Numbered from the stretch's first letter, positions 1-11,162 are shown. The stretch: 64,000 nt of DNA from Microbacterium sp. (GCF_051860965.1 NZ_JBIMKU010000003.1:367671-431670), one strand, 5' to 3'. Notes: generated by a model not told the origin, from the letters alone. Program-made: numbers and translations.

Positions 1-15
1 GCCGAGAGAGGGCAT
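1..15 (-). CDS. Probable 5' end of a gene running off the left edge (MPSLG...)
   Basis: Minus strand TAGGAT (27-22), 6 nt, then ATG at 15; same leaderless geometry as neighbouring genes; only 5 codons visible. Confidence 0.3.
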
Positions 16-41
16 CCCGTCATCCTAGGACGGGGGTGGGA

Positions 42-164
42 CTACTCCGCGCGGTCCTCGTCGTCCAGGCGACGCTCTTCGGCGGCCGCCAGGCGGTCCT
101 TCTCCTTCTGAGCGTCTTCGCGCTCTTCGCGGATCTTCTCGTGCGACTTCGAGTTGTTCGTCAT
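42..164 (-). CDS. Small highly charged protein, 40 aa (MTNNSKSHEKIREEREDAQKEKDRLAAAEERRLDDEDRAE)
   Basis: TAGGAT -10 (176-171), 6 nt, ATG; mostly host-typical codons (AAG, GAG, CGC, GAC); TAG stop at 44-42; below the ORF-track size cutoff. Confidence 0.65.
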   Translation of the reverse strand: MTNNSKSHEKIREEREDAQKEKDRLAAAEERRLDDEDRAE

Positions 165-173
165 GGCCCGATC

Positions 174-1658
174 CTAGGAGCCCGCCCGCTGCGCGGCATC
201 CCGATCCCTGTAGGCGTTGCGCTTCGTGAAGAGCGTCTCGGTCTGCTCGATGTCCATGCCCTTCGTCTCGGGGATCTTCCACGCGACGTAGATGAACGAC
301 AGCGCCGCGAACGCGGCGTACATGCCGTAGGTGAGCGGGAGCGACCAGGCCGACATCGCGGGGAACGACACGGTGATGAGGAAGTTCGCGAGCCACTGCG
401 CACCGGCCGCGACGCCGAGCGCCTTGCCGCGGATGCGGCTCGGGAAGATCTCGCCCAGCAGCACCCACACGAGGGGACCCCACGAGGCGCCGAAGCCGAT
501 GACGAAGAGGTTGGCCGCGACGAGCGCGATGGGTCCCCACGGCGCGGGGAGCGAGACCGCCCCCTCGGCGTCGGTCGTCGAGAACATGAAGCACACCGCC
601 ATCGCGGCGAGCGACAGGGTCATGATCACCGACCCCGTCAGGAGGATCGGCTTACGTCCGACGCGGTCGACGAGGAAGATCGCGACCAGGGTGACGAGCA
701 CGTTCGTGATGGACGTCACGACGCTGATCCCGAGGGATGCGGACTCGGGGAATCCGACCGACTGCCACAGGCTCGTCGAGTAGTAGAAGATCACGTTGAT
801 GCCCACGAACTGCTGGAACACCGACAGGATGATGCCGACCCACACGATGCCCTGCAGGCCGAACACCGGCCCCTTGAGCGAGACGCCGGCGTTCTTGCGG
901 TCCTCGTCGATCGTGTGGACGAGCTCGTTCACCGTCTTGTCGAGGTCGGCGGGCGGCACGAGCGTCGCGAAGATCACCTTCGCCTCGTCGACGCGCCCCT
1001 TCGCGATGAGATAGCGCGGCGATTCCGGCATCGTGAACGCGAGGATGCCGTAGACCGCGGCGGGGATGACACCGACGAGGAACATCCATCTCCACGCCTC
1101 GAGTCCGAGCCACAGGTCCTGCGACGCGCCGCCCGCGCCCCACGCGAGCAGGGCGTCGCTCAGCAGTGCGACGAAGATGCCGAGCGTGATGGCGAGCTGC
1201 TGGAGGGAGGCGAGGCCGCCGCGGATCTGCCGCGGCGCGATCTCGGCGATGTAGGCGGGAGCGACGACCGAGGCGATGCCGATGCCGAGGCCGCCCAGGA
1301 CGCGCCACAGGATGAGGTCCGGCACGCTGAAGGTGAGACCCGCGCCGATCGAGCTCACGAGGAAGAGCCCCGAGCCGAGCATCATGACCTTCAGGCGGCC
1401 CCATCGATCCGAGAGGTTGCCGGCCAGCACCGCGCCGACGGCGCAGCCCAGCAGGGCGACGGCGACGACGAAGCCCGTCAGGACGCTGCCGAGCTCGAAG
1501 TTCTGGTCGATGGAGTCGACGGCTCCGTTGATGACGGACGAGTCGAAGCCGAAGAGGAATCCGCCGACGGCGGCCGCGACGGCGAGGCCGATCGCTCGCT
1601 TGCCGTACGGACTCTTGAGGCTGAAGGAGCCCGTGGGGATCGAGTCTGGGGTGCTCAT
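174..1658 (-). CDS. Sugar porter family MFS transporter (GlcP-like glucose permease)
   Basis: [32 protein letters not shown] and PETKG motifs; many TM segments; start set at ATG 1658 by TAGCGT plus 7 nt (alternative GTG 1667). Confidence 0.92.
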   Translation of the reverse strand: MSTPDSIPTGSFSLKSPYGKRAIGLAVAAAVGGFLFGFDSSVINGAVDSIDQNFELGSVLTGFVVAVALLGCAVGAVLAGNLSDRWGRLKVMMLGSGLFLVSSIGAGLTFSVPDLILWRVLGGLGIGIASVVAPAYIAEIAPRQIRGGLASLQQLAITLGIFVALLSDALLAWGAGGASQDLWLGLEAWRWMFLVGVIPAAVYGILAFTMPESPRYLIAKGRVDEAKVIFATLVPPADLDKTVNELVHTIDEDRKNAGVSLKGPVFGLQGIVWVGIILSVFQQFVGINVIFYYSTSLWQSVGFPESASLGISVVTSITNVLVTLVAIFLVDRVGRKPILLTGSVIMTLSLAAMAVCFMFSTTDAEGAVSLPAPWGPIALVAANLFVIGFGASWGPLVWVLLGEIFPSRIRGKALGVAAGAQWLANFLITVSFPAMSAWSLPLTYGMYAAFAALSFIYVAWKIPETKGMDIEQTETLFTKRNAYRDRDAAQRAGS

Positions 1659-1729
1659 GCTCGTCACGCTATCGCTCCGCGCGCGCGAGGGGGAGGGGCC
1701 TTTCGGAGGACGCTCGATAGGGTGTACGC

Positions 1730-2572
1730 ATGCCCGTGACCCTCCTCGGCGCCGCGGAGATCCGCGCGCTGGCCGCAGAGCTCGATGTCACTCCGACCAA
1801 GAAGCTCGGGCAGAACTTCGTCGTCGACGCCAACACGGTGCGCAAGATCGTGCACGTCGCGCGGGTCGTGTCGGGCGATCGGGTCGTCGAGGTGGGGCCG
1901 GGACTCGGATCGCTCACCCTCGCGATCCTCGAGGCCGGGGCATCCGTGACCGCCGTCGAGATCGACCACCGCCTCGCCGAGCGTCTGCCGTCGACCGCGG
2001 CGGCGCACGGCGTCCGGGACGGCGCGCTGACGGTGGTGGATGCCGATGCCCTCCGCATCACGGAGCTGCCCGGCGATCCCGAGGTGCTCGTCGCGAACCT
2101 GCCCTACAACGTCAGCGTGCCCGTGCTGCTGCACTTCATGGAGACGTTCCCGAGCCTCCAGCGCGGCGTCGTCATGGTGCAGGCCGAGGTCGGAGAGCGC
2201 CTCGCCGCCCCGCCGGGCTCGAAGACGTACGGCGCTCCGAGCGCGAAGGCCGCGTGGTACGGGTCGTGGCGGCTCGCCGGCACCGTGTCGCGCCAGGTGT
2301 TCTGGCCCGTGCCGAATGTCGACAGCGTCCTCGTCGCCTTCGAGCGCGACACGTCGCCGCGCGGCACCGAGTCGGAGCGCCTCGCGACGTTCCGGATCGT
2401 GGACGCCGCGTTCCAGCAGCGTCGCAAGATGCTCCGTCAGGCGCTGTCGGCGGTGCTCGGCGGGTCTTCCGCCGAGGCCTCGTCCGTGCTCGAACGCGCC
2501 GGCGTCGCCCCGACGGCGCGCGGCGAGGAGCTCTCGATCGACGACTTCGCACGCATCGCGCACCAGCTCTGA
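1730..2572 (+). CDS. rsmA: 16S rRNA m6,2A1518/1519 dimethyltransferase
   Basis: [32 protein letters not shown] motifs; leaderless TAGGGT plus 6 nt. Confidence 0.97.
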   Translation: MPVTLLGAAEIRALAAELDVTPTKKLGQNFVVDANTVRKIVHVARVVSGDRVVEVGPGLGSLTLAILEAGASVTAVEIDHRLAERLPSTAAAHGVRDGALTVVDADALRITELPGDPEVLVANLPYNVSVPVLLHFMETFPSLQRGVVMVQAEVGERLAAPPGSKTYGAPSAKAAWYGSWRLAGTVSRQVFWPVPNVDSVLVAFERDTSPRGTESERLATFRIVDAAFQQRRKMLRQALSAVLGGSSAEASSVLERAGVAPTARGEELSIDDFARIAHQL

Positions 2573-2691
2573 CCCACGCTGTTCTCTCCGCGTTCACCGC
2601 GTCGTCCCAGGTTCGCACGAAACATGCCGGTAACATTTCGGCGAGCCTCGCCACCTCCGGGGGCCTTCGCATTCCGAGAACGAGGCACATC

Positions 2692-3609
2692 ATGCGCACG
2701 GCGGAGTATCCGGCTCCTGAGCAGATCCTGCTCCACCTGAGCGACACGCACCTGCGTGCGCGCGGATCCCGGCTCTTCGATCTGGTCGACGGCACCGACC
2801 GCCTCGGCCGGACCCTCGACGTCATCGCGGCGAGCGGGATCCGCCCCGACGCGATCATCCTCACGGGCGATCTGGCCGACCTCGGAGAGGCCGACGCCTA
2901 TCGCGATCTGCGAGCGCTCGTGGAGCCCTTCGCGGCCGAGCTGGGCGCACGCATCCTGTGGGTCATGGGCAACCACGACGACCGCGGGTCGTTCCGCGCT
3001 CAGCTGCTCGACGAGGCTCCCGAGCTCGCCCCGATCGACCGCGTCGACGAGCTGGACGGCCTGCGCATCGTGACGCTCGACTCGAGCGTCCCCGGCGCGC
3101 ACCACGGCGAGGTCTCGGACGCCCAGCTCGCGTGGCTCGCCGGCATCCTGTCGACTCCGGCGCCCCTCGGAACGATCCTCGCGATGCACCACCCGCCCGT
3201 GCCGAGCGTGCTGCCGCTCGCGGCGTCGGTCGAGCTGCGCGACCAGCAGCGCCTCGCGCGCGTGCTCCGCGGCACCGACGTGCGGGCGATCATCGCGGGG
3301 CACCTGCACTACTCGACGTTCGCGACGTTCGCCGGCATCCCGGTCTCGGTCGCCTCGTCGACCTGCTACGCGCAGGACCTCACCGTCCCCGTCGGCGGCA
3401 CGCGACCGCAGGACGGCGCGCAGTCCTACAACCTCATCCACCTCTACGACGACACGGTCGTGCACTCGGTCGTGCCGATCGACGTGCCGCGCACGCTCGA
3501 GTACATCGATGCTGACGAGGCACGCCGCCGCCTCGCCGAGGCCGGGGTCGTGCCCCTCAGCGCCGACCGGCGGGATGCGCCGACCGAGCCGATTCCTCTG
3601 CTGCGCTGA
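2692..3609 (+). CDS. Calcineurin-like metallophosphoesterase, class III cyclic-nucleotide phosphodiesterase type (CpdA/Rv0805-like)
   Basis: All five metal motifs present: SDTH, TGDLAD, GNHDD, MHHPP, GHLH; ATG 2692 after GAGG. Confidence 0.88.
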   Translation: MRTAEYPAPEQILLHLSDTHLRARGSRLFDLVDGTDRLGRTLDVIAASGIRPDAIILTGDLADLGEADAYRDLRALVEPFAAELGARILWVMGNHDDRGSFRAQLLDEAPELAPIDRVDELDGLRIVTLDSSVPGAHHGEVSDAQLAWLAGILSTPAPLGTILAMHHPPVPSVLPLAASVELRDQQRLARVLRGTDVRAIIAGHLHYSTFATFAGIPVSVASSTCYAQDLTVPVGGTRPQDGAQSYNLIHLYDDTVVHSVVPIDVPRTLEYIDADEARRRLAEAGVVPLSADRRDAPTEPIPLLR

Positions 3610-5152
3610 GCTCGACGCGCTCCCACGGCGCCGCGATCGGGAACATCCGCTCCAGCGTCGCCCGCAGCGTCTGCACGCGCACGGCCTCGGGCACTTCGGT
3701 CTCGCCGCCGTCGTTCAGGCAGAACATGTCGACGTCGGGCCGCGCGGCGATTCGCGCCATGCGCCGCAGCCCCGAGGTCATCGTCGTCTGCACGTAGCGC
3801 GTGCGGGGCTCCTTCGTCGCGACCGCACGGCCCGTCATGAGGGCGTAGTAGTGGTAGAGGCTGTTGGTCACCGAGATGTCCGACGACGAGCGGAAGCGGG
3901 ATGCCGCGGTCCGCGCGAAGTCGTCGGGGAAGGTCTGCTCGAGCTCGGCCAGCACGCTGCGGCGCAGCGGGGTCGCGCAGTGCTCGAGATCGCGCGCGAT
4001 CGTGCGCCCGAACCGCTCGCGCAGGAGCTCCCGGTTCACGCGGAGGCCGTTGTCGTGGCCGCTGCGCGAGACGTCGGGCGCCCCGATCCCGATGCGCACG
4101 TCGCACTCGACGAACTTCGTGATGCCCGACGGCGTGAAGAAGAGCTCGGGCTCGACGGCACGGCCGAAGAACATGTCGTCGTTCGAGTAGAGGAAGTGCT
4201 CGGCGAGCCCGGGGATGCGGTGCAGCTGCGCCTCGACGGCGTGCGAGTTGTGGGTCGGGAGGGTCGACGGGTCGGCGAAGAAGTCCTCGCTGCGCACGAT
4301 CGTGACCTTCGGGTGGTCGAGCAGCCACGCGGGCGCGGGAGAGTCGGTCGCGATGAAGATGCGCCGCACCCACGGCGCGTGCTGGTGCACGCTGCGCAGG
4401 GCGTAGCGCAGCTCGTCGACGTGCCGATAGCGGGCGGGGCCGGCATCCCCTTCCCCCACGACGTACTGCTCGAGCTGGGCCGCGCGCTGACGCTGGAACT
4501 CGCTCGACGAGCCGTCGACCCACGAGAACACGATGTCGACGTCCTCGGTGAACTCGTGCGGCTGCGGTGCGAACATGCCGTCGATCGTCCGCCACGAGCG
4601 ACCGAAGCGCTCGACGGTCGTCCACTCGAGGTCTTCGGTCGCGATGCGGCGGCGCGTGAGCGCGTTGTCGGAGGGTGCTTCGACGAGGCGCTCGTCGAAG
4701 CGCCAGAACTCCACCCGGGCGCCCAGGGACGCCCCGTAGCGGAGGGTTCCGCGGCGGCTGATGCGGGGGCGGTAGACACGCAGCGTGCTGGGGTCCGCGC
4801 CGGGGTCGACGGCTTCGGGCGCAGGCACGGGTACCCGGCGCTTCGCCTTGATGTAGACCGGCTCGTGCGAGCCGAGCGCCGCGAGCGCGGCCATCGCGAG
4901 GCGACGCTGGGCGACGTCGATCGCGAGGGCGTGGATGCCGCGGCTGTGGCGCACGAGGGAGATCCCCACGCCGGCGCTCTCGAGCGCATCCGCCACGAGG
5001 AGCAGATCCGCCGTGCGCGCCTCGTCGGGCGTGACGGTGTCGTGGACGAGATGGATGACGCCGTCGTCGAGCACGGTGTCCGCGCGCAGCAGGAGGTCCG
5101 TCCAGTCGGGACCCTGCGGGGGGAGCGCGGAGAGCGCGGCGATCGACGTCAT
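3557..5152 (-). CDS. Stealth family hexose-1-phosphoryl transferase (CpsY-like)
   Basis: Stealth conserved regions [34 protein letters not shown]; SD AGAGGAGG before ATG 5152. Confidence 0.9.
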   Translation of the reverse strand: MTSIAALSALPPQGPDWTDLLLRADTVLDDGVIHLVHDTVTPDEARTADLLLVADALESAGVGISLVRHSRGIHALAIDVAQRRLAMAALAALGSHEPVYIKAKRRVPVPAPEAVDPGADPSTLRVYRPRISRRGTLRYGASLGARVEFWRFDERLVEAPSDNALTRRRIATEDLEWTTVERFGRSWRTIDGMFAPQPHEFTEDVDIVFSWVDGSSSEFQRQRAAQLEQYVVGEGDAGPARYRHVDELRYALRSVHQHAPWVRRIFIATDSPAPAWLLDHPKVTIVRSEDFFADPSTLPTHNSHAVEAQLHRIPGLAEHFLYSNDDMFFGRAVEPELFFTPSGITKFVECDVRIGIGAPDVSRSGHDNGLRVNRELLRERFGRTIARDLEHCATPLRRSVLAELEQTFPDDFARTAASRFRSSSDISVTNSLYHYYALMTGRAVATKEPRTRYVQTTMTSGLRRMARIAARPDVDMFCLNDGGETEVPEAVRVQTLRATLERMFPIAAPWERVELSAAEESARSAHPAGRR

Positions 5153-5342
5153 GTTCCTCCTCTGCGGATGCCTCGTGGCGCGGGCGATGGCTCGGCCGGC
5201 GGGGGACCCGGTCTCGTCACCATAGGCGACGATCGTTTCCCGGACGTTTCGTGGCCCGTCTCTTGACAACGGTCTCGTCGCGTGCAGTCTCCACGTGGAC
5301 TCCGCCCTGCGCGCACCCGGCCTGCGCGATAGCGTTGGACGC

Positions 5343-6410
5343 ATGACCGAAGCGCCGCGGTTCCGCACCGACATGCCCGACACCCACCGCCCGTACGTCG
5401 CCGCCGACGACCGCTACCGCGTCGCGGAGTACCGCCAGGTCGGGGCATCCGGCCTCTATCTGCCGCCCCTCTCGCTCGGCCTGTGGTGGAACTTCGGCGA
5501 CAACTTCCCGATCGACAGCCAGCGGGCCCTGCTGCGCCACGCGTTCGACAAGGGCATCACGCACTTCGACCTCGCGAACAACTACGGCCCGCCCTACGGC
5601 TCGGCCGAGAAGAACTTCGGCCGCATCTTCGCCGAGGACTTCCGCCCGTACCGCGACGAGCTCGTCATCTCGTCGAAGGCCGGCTGGGACATGTGGCCGG
5701 GTCCGTACGGCGAGTTCGGCTCGCGCAAGTACCTGCTCTCGAGCGCCGAGCAGTCGCTCACGCGCATGGGCCTGGACTACGTCGACATCTTCTACTCGCA
5801 CCGGTTCGACCCCGTGACGCCGGTGGAGGAGACGATCGGCGCACTCGACACGCTCGTGCGCCAGGGCAAGGCGCTCTACGTCGGCATCTCGTCGTACTCG
5901 GCCGAACGCACCGCCGAGGCCGCGGCCGTCGCGCGCAGCCTGGGCACGCCGCTCGTCATCCATCAGCCCGCCTACTCGATCCTCAATCGCTGGGTCGAGG
6001 ACGGCCTGACGGGCGTCCTGAGGCAGGAGGGCCTCGGCGCGATCGCGTTCACTCCGCTCGCGCAGGGACTCCTCACCGACAAGTACCTCGGCGACGGCAC
6101 CGCCGATCGCGCCCAGAAGCGCTCGTCGCTGCCGCAGGAGGCCCTGTCCGCGAAGGGTCTGGCCACGCTCCGGGGCCTGGATGTCATCGCGAAGGAGCGC
6201 GGTCAGTCGCTCGCCCAGCTGGCGATCCAGTGGGTGCTGCGCGACCCCGTGGTCACCTCGGCGCTGATCGGCGCGTCGCGCACCGAGCAGATCGACGAGA
6301 ACATCGCCGCGCTCGACGGCCCCGCCTTCACGACCGAGGAGCTCGAGCGGATCGACGCCCTGTCCGACGGCGTCGACGTCGACCTCTGGGCGGAGTCGAC
6401 GCAGCTGTGA
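5343..6410 (+). CDS. Aldo/keto reductase (YghZ/MgrA L-glyceraldehyde-3-phosphate reductase type)
   Basis: [33 protein letters not shown] motifs; TAGCGT plus 7 nt leaderless start. Confidence 0.9.
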   Translation: MTEAPRFRTDMPDTHRPYVAADDRYRVAEYRQVGASGLYLPPLSLGLWWNFGDNFPIDSQRALLRHAFDKGITHFDLANNYGPPYGSAEKNFGRIFAEDFRPYRDELVISSKAGWDMWPGPYGEFGSRKYLLSSAEQSLTRMGLDYVDIFYSHRFDPVTPVEETIGALDTLVRQGKALYVGISSYSAERTAEAAAVARSLGTPLVIHQPAYSILNRWVEDGLTGVLRQEGLGAIAFTPLAQGLLTDKYLGDGTADRAQKRSSLPQEALSAKGLATLRGLDVIAKERGQSLAQLAIQWVLRDPVVTSALIGASRTEQIDENIAALDGPAFTTEELERIDALSDGVDVDLWAESTQL

Positions 6411-7339
6411 GTCGCTCGGTGTCCGTCGACCGCGTGCACGTGCGCGCGCCTGGAAAGCTGAACCTCTTCTTCGAGGTCGGCGGGGTCCAGGACGACGGGT
6501 ACCACGACGTCGCGTCGGCCTATCAGGCCGTATCGCTCTACGAGGACGTCTGGGCGACGCCGTCCGACGAGTTCACGATCGCCGTGTCCGGCACCGTCGA
6601 CGTGTCGGGGGTGCCCGCCGACGATCGCAACCTCGCGCTGCGCGCCGCCCGTCTCGTCGCGAAGAAGGCGGGCTTCGGCGGGGGAGTGCACCTCGACATC
6701 GTCAAGCACGTCCCGGTCGCCGGGGGGATGGGCGGGGGATCGGCGGATGCCGCGGCCGCACTCGTCGCGTGCGACGCGCTGTGGGGCACCGACCTCGGGC
6801 CGGCGGAGCTGCATCGGCTCGCGGCGCGCCTCGGCGCCGACGTGCCGTTCTCGCTCCTCGGCGGCACGGCGATCGGCACCGGCCGCGGTGATCAGCTGAG
6901 CCCCGCTCTGGCCAAGGGGCGCTTCGACTGGGTCGTCGTGCCGTCCGACGAGGGGCTCTCGACACCCGAGGTGTACGCGCACCTCGACGAGCTGCGCGCG
7001 CATCCCGACATCCGGCCCGCCGTCCGCGTGCCCGATGTCGACCCCGGGGTGCTGCACGCGCTGCGCGCGGGCGACCCCGTGAGTCTCGCCGAGGCGCTGC
7101 GCAACGATCTGCAGGCCGCCGCGCTGTCGCTGCGCCCCGACCTGCGCGACCTGCTCGAGCGCGGGGATGCGCGGCCGTCGGCGCTCGCGGGCATCGTCTC
7201 CGGCTCGGGTCCGACGATCGCGTTCCTCGCCGCGGATCCCGAGTCGGCACTCGATCTGCAGGTGACGCTGTCCGCCGAGGGGTACGAGGCGCTGCACGTG
7301 CACGGCCCGGTCGCGGGCGCCCGCATCCTCTCGTCGTGA
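6407..7339 (+). CDS. ispE: 4-diphosphocytidyl-2-C-methyl-D-erythritol kinase
   Basis: [35 protein letters not shown]; GTGA overlap with the AKR stop. Confidence 0.95.
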   Translation: MSRSVSVDRVHVRAPGKLNLFFEVGGVQDDGYHDVASAYQAVSLYEDVWATPSDEFTIAVSGTVDVSGVPADDRNLALRAARLVAKKAGFGGGVHLDIVKHVPVAGGMGGGSADAAAALVACDALWGTDLGPAELHRLAARLGADVPFSLLGGTAIGTGRGDQLSPALAKGRFDWVVVPSDEGLSTPEVYAHLDELRAHPDIRPAVRVPDVDPGVLHALRAGDPVSLAEALRNDLQAAALSLRPDLRDLLERGDARPSALAGIVSGSGPTIAFLAADPESALDLQVTLSAEGYEALHVHGPVAGARILSS

Positions 7340-7398
7340 AGGCGTCGTGCGCCGTGCGCCCGGATGACGGTGTCCGCCCGCTTCCCTAGGCTCTCGTC

Positions 7399-8709
7399 AT
7401 GAGCTCCGACGACTTCCGCACCATCCCCGTCGACGAGACCTCGCGGTCGCGCCTCGCCGACGGCGGGCTCGACTACCGACTCGTCGACGTCGCATCCGAG
7501 GACTATCCGCGGTGGCTGCAGGTGGTCGCGCGCGGCTTCCTCGATCCCGAGAGCACCGACGAGCAGATCGCGGCTGCTCAGGAGCGCAGCGGCTATCGGC
7601 GCACGACGGGGGTCTACGACGCCTCCGGCCCGATGGCGGACTCGCCCGTCGCGTCGATCGCTTCGTGGGTCGCCGAGCTGACGGTACCGGGCGGGTCGAG
7701 CATCCCCTCGTGCGCGATCTCGGCCGTCACGGTGGCGCCGACCCATCGGCGTCGCGGGGTGGCGCGGGCCATGCTCGAGGGCGAGCTGCGGGCCGCGTCC
7801 TCCGCCGGGGTGCCCGTCGCGATGCTGACGGTGAGCGAGTCGACGCTCTACGGACGGTACGGCTTCGCACCGGCGGCCGCCGCGGCGACGTGGAAGATCG
7901 AGACCAAACGGGCCGCCTGGATCGGCCCGCGGCCCGAGGGCCGGCTCGACTTCGTCACGCGCGAGACGGCGCGCGAACTGCTGGCGCAGCTGCACCCCGG
8001 CGTGCGCGGGAGCGCCGCGGGCGAGATCGGTCTCGATCCGGCATGGTGGGACGGCTTCACGGGTCTGCGGCCCGGCGCGGAGCACGCGGGCGCCAAGCGT
8101 GCCGTGAGGTACGCCGACGCGACCGGCGAAGTGCGCGGGGTGGCGGTGTACACCGTGCGCGAGAACCACGACGACTTCACGAAGTCGACGGTCTCGATCG
8201 GCTACCTCGCGGCCGTGACCGACGACGCCTACGCCGCGCTCTGGCGCTTCTTCCTCGAACTCGACCTCATCGCCGAGGTGCATGCGGAACTGCTGTCGGT
8301 CGCCGAGCCGCTCCTGTGGATGATCGCGGACCAGCGCGCGGCGACGGTGACGGTGACCGATCACCAGTACGTGCGCATCCTCGATGTGCCGGTCGCGCTC
8401 GAGGCCCGCCGCTACGGTGCCTCGGGCGTCCTCGCCCTCGACGTGACCGATCCGCTCGGTTTCGCGCGAGGGCGATGGCTGCTGACGGTGGATGCCGCGG
8501 GCCACGGCTCTGTCGCCGCTCTCGACGGTGCGGCGCCCGCCGATGCCGTCGAGGTGGCACTCGGCATCGAGGAGCTGTCGGCGGTGTACCTCGGCGGAGT
8601 CTCGCTCGCGACTCTCGCCGCCGCGGGCCGCGTGTCGTCGAGCGATGTCGCCGCGGCATCCCGCGTCTTCAGCTGGCACGTGCCGCCGCGCCTGAGCATC
8701 TGGTACTGA
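7399..8709 (+). CDS. Eis-like GNAT acetyltransferase with C-terminal SCP2-like domain
   Basis: VTVAPTHRRRGVA, SESTLYGRYGF, RILDVPVALEAR; aromatic C-terminus; leaderless TAGGCT plus 6 nt. Confidence 0.85.
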   Translation: MSSDDFRTIPVDETSRSRLADGGLDYRLVDVASEDYPRWLQVVARGFLDPESTDEQIAAAQERSGYRRTTGVYDASGPMADSPVASIASWVAELTVPGGSSIPSCAISAVTVAPTHRRRGVARAMLEGELRAASSAGVPVAMLTVSESTLYGRYGFAPAAAAATWKIETKRAAWIGPRPEGRLDFVTRETARELLAQLHPGVRGSAAGEIGLDPAWWDGFTGLRPGAEHAGAKRAVRYADATGEVRGVAVYTVRENHDDFTKSTVSIGYLAAVTDDAYAALWRFFLELDLIAEVHAELLSVAEPLLWMIADQRAATVTVTDHQYVRILDVPVALEARRYGASGVLALDVTDPLGFARGRWLLTVDAAGHGSVAALDGAAPADAVEVALGIEELSAVYLGGVSLATLAAAGRVSSSDVAAASRVFSWHVPPRLSIWY

Positions 8710-8735
8710 CCCGGGTCGCCTAGCCTTGAGGAGAC

Positions 8736-10529
8736 ATGGCGCATCTTCTCGGGGCGGAAGCCCTGCATCTCGAGTTCCCCACGCGCGTCGTCTTCGACGG
8801 CGTCTCCCTCGGCATCGACGAGGGTGATCGCATCGGCGTCGTCGGCCGCAACGGCGACGGCAAGTCCTCCCTGCTCGCGATGCTCGCGGGTCGCCTGGAG
8901 CCCGACAGCGGGCGCGTGACGGTCAGGGGCGGCGTCCGCGTCGGGGTGCTCGACCAGGCCGACACGATCGGCGACGTCGGGACGGTGGCCGAGGCCGTCG
9001 TCGGCGACCTGCCCGAGCACGAGTGGGCCGGGTCGGCCCGCGTGCGCGACGTCATCGCCGGCCTGCTGTCCGACATCCCGTGGGACGCCCCTCTCGCGGG
9101 GCTCAGCGGCGGGCAGCGACGTCGCGTCGCGCTCGCGCACCTGCTCATCGACGATTGGGACGTCGTGTTCCTCGATGAGCCGACCAACCACCTCGACGTC
9201 GAGGCGATCGCGTGGCTCGCCGAGCACCTCAAGCGGCGCTGGCCCGCGAGCCAGGGCGGTCTGCTCGTGGTCACCCACGACCGGTGGTTCCTGGACGAGG
9301 TGTGCAACACGACGTGGGAGGTGCACGACCAGATCGTCGAGCCCTTCGAAGGCGGATACGCGGCCTACATCCTGCAGCGCGTCGAGCGCGATCGGCAGGC
9401 GGCGTCGATCGAGGCGCGCCGGCAGAACCTCGCGCGCAAGGAGCTCGCGTGGCTGCGGCGGGGTGCGCCGGCCCGCACGTCCAAGCCGAAGTTCCGCATC
9501 GATGCGGCCAACGAGCTGATCGCCGACGTTCCCGAGATCCGCGACAAGACCGAGCTGCAGTCGCTCGCCGTGACACGCCTCGGCAAGGATGTCGTCGATC
9601 TGCTCGACGCCTCCGTGGCGTACGGCGACCGCGCCGTGCTGAAGGACGTCGAGTGGCGCATCGCGCCCGGCGAGCGCACCGGCATCCTCGGCGTCAACGG
9701 CGCCGGCAAGTCGACGCTCCTGGGGCTCGTCTCGGGCACCGTGGAACCCACGACGGGCCGCGTCAAGCGCGGCAAGACCGTGCAGGTCGCCACCCTCACG
9801 CAGCGGCTCGACGAGCTCGAAGATCACCTCGACGATCCGGTGCGGGTCGTGATCGCGGGTCTGCGCACGACCTACACCTTCGGTACCGGGTCGAAGGCGG
9901 CAGAGCTCACGCCGGGACAGCTGCTCGAGCGCATGGGGTTCTCGAGCGCGCAGCTGTCGACACCCGTGAAGGACCTCTCCGGTGGTCAGAAGCGTCGGCT
10001 GCAGCTGCTCATGATCCTGCTCGAGCAGCCGAACGTGCTGATCCTCGACGAGCCGACCAACGACCTCGACACCGACATGCTCGCCGCGATGGAGGACCTC
10101 CTCGACACGTGGCCGGGCACGCTGCTCGTCGTCTCGCACGATCGCTACTTCATCGAGCGCGTGACGGATCAGCAGTACGCGATCCTCGGCGGCCACCTGC
10201 GGCACCTTCCGGGAGGCGTGGACGAGTACCTCCGCCTGCGGACGAGGGAGCGGGACGCCCCCGCGACAGCGGTCGCGGCATCCGCCCCCGTCTCTGCACC
10301 GGGTCTGTCGGGAGCCGACCTCCGCGCGGCGCAGAAGGAGCTCGCGGCGCTCGAGCGCCGGCTCGAGAAGCTCGAGAAGCAGATCGCCGGCGCGAAGGCG
10401 GCGCTCGCCGACCACGATCAGTCCGACTACGCGGGCATCGGCGTCGAGATGGCGCGGATCGGCACGCTCGAGACGGAGCGCGACGACGTCGAGGAGCGCT
10501 GGTTCGCCCTCACCGAGCAGATCGGCTGA
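8736..10529 (+). CDS. ABC-F family ATPase (Uup-like)
   Basis: Two ATPase cassettes (GRNGDGKS/LSGGQ/LDEPTN and GVNGAGKS/LSGGQ/LDEPTN), no TM segments, C-terminal coiled coil; SD GAGGAG. Confidence 0.92.
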   Translation: MAHLLGAEALHLEFPTRVVFDGVSLGIDEGDRIGVVGRNGDGKSSLLAMLAGRLEPDSGRVTVRGGVRVGVLDQADTIGDVGTVAEAVVGDLPEHEWAGSARVRDVIAGLLSDIPWDAPLAGLSGGQRRRVALAHLLIDDWDVVFLDEPTNHLDVEAIAWLAEHLKRRWPASQGGLLVVTHDRWFLDEVCNTTWEVHDQIVEPFEGGYAAYILQRVERDRQAASIEARRQNLARKELAWLRRGAPARTSKPKFRIDAANELIADVPEIRDKTELQSLAVTRLGKDVVDLLDASVAYGDRAVLKDVEWRIAPGERTGILGVNGAGKSTLLGLVSGTVEPTTGRVKRGKTVQVATLTQRLDELEDHLDDPVRVVIAGLRTTYTFGTGSKAAELTPGQLLERMGFSSAQLSTPVKDLSGGQKRRLQLLMILLEQPNVLILDEPTNDLDTDMLAAMEDLLDTWPGTLLVVSHDRYFIERVTDQQYAILGGHLRHLPGGVDEYLRLRTRERDAPATAVAASAPVSAPGLSGADLRAAQKELAALERRLEKLEKQIAGAKAALADHDQSDYAGIGVEMARIGTLETERDDVEERWFALTEQIG

Positions 10530-10554
10530 GGTTCAGCGCTTCGAGTGCCGTGAC

Positions 10555-10622
10555 GTAAGGGGAATGCCGCGAGACAAGGAGCCGGACGCCGCGATCCTCC
10601 TTACCTCGGCATTGTCTCCTTG
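10555..10622. repeat. Long imperfect palindrome between convergent genes (terminator or REP-like element)
   Basis: Nested pairings AAGGAG/CTCCTT, GAG/CTC, AATGCC/GGCATT, TAAGGGG/CTCCTTG. Confidence 0.55.
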
Positions 10623-10658
10623 GCTCGCGCGCGCACGGTCGGCGATCGCCGAGGCGCA

Positions 10659-11162
10659 TCAGTGCACGGCGTACTCGAGCAGGACGATCGCGATGCCGAG
10701 TGCCGCCGTTCCCGCTGCGCCGAGCAGTCGGATCACGATGTGCGCGCCGCGACGCCAGTACGCGACGTACCCGAGGACGGCCAGCACGACCCAGGTGACC
10801 CACATGGTCGCCTCGTAGGCGTCGTCGGCGCTGAGGCCGTTGATCCCGCAGACGATCAGCGCGATCGTGGCCGGCAGCGCGGCCCACAGCATGCCCGCGG
10901 CGTGCGAGACGGAGTGGGCGATGGATGCTCGAAGCCCCCGCTCCCCGTGATCGGTCAGCGTGTGCGCGAAGACGTGGGCGATGAAGAAGACGATCAGGGT
11001 CCAGGCGGCGGTGTTGAGCATCTCCCATGCGTCGTCGGCGTGGTCGGACGAGATCGTGACGAACGCGGCGAACACGATGAGTCCGTAGATCGCCGCGGGG
11101 CTGCGGAAACGCGCGTCCAGCCACGCACCCCAACGGGTCTTCTCCGGTGCCGGCTCGGTCAC
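10659..11162 (-). CDS. Hypothetical membrane protein (about 4-5 TM), coupled to the MarR gene
   Basis: Hydrophobic helices; GTG start overlaps the MarR stop (GTGA). Confidence 0.75.
   Translation of the reverse strand: MTEPAPEKTRWGAWLDARFRSPAAIYGLIVFAAFVTISSDHADDAWEMLNTAAWTLIVFFIAHVFAHTLTDHGERGLRASIAHSVSHAAGMLWAALPATIALIVCGINGLSADDAYEATMWVTWVVLAVLGYVAYWRRGAHIVIRLLGAAGTAALGIAIVLLEYAVH

Noticed and set aside
1276-2691. 777-aa ORF suggesting a long N-terminal extension of the phosphoesterase
   Set aside because: The upstream part overlaps rsmA and the sugar porter; family homology and SD begin at ATG 2692.
5210-5279. GGTCTCGTC repeated 61 bp apart in the Stealth/AKR intergenic region
   Set aside because: Only two 9-bp GC-rich copies without informative spacing; chance cannot be excluded.
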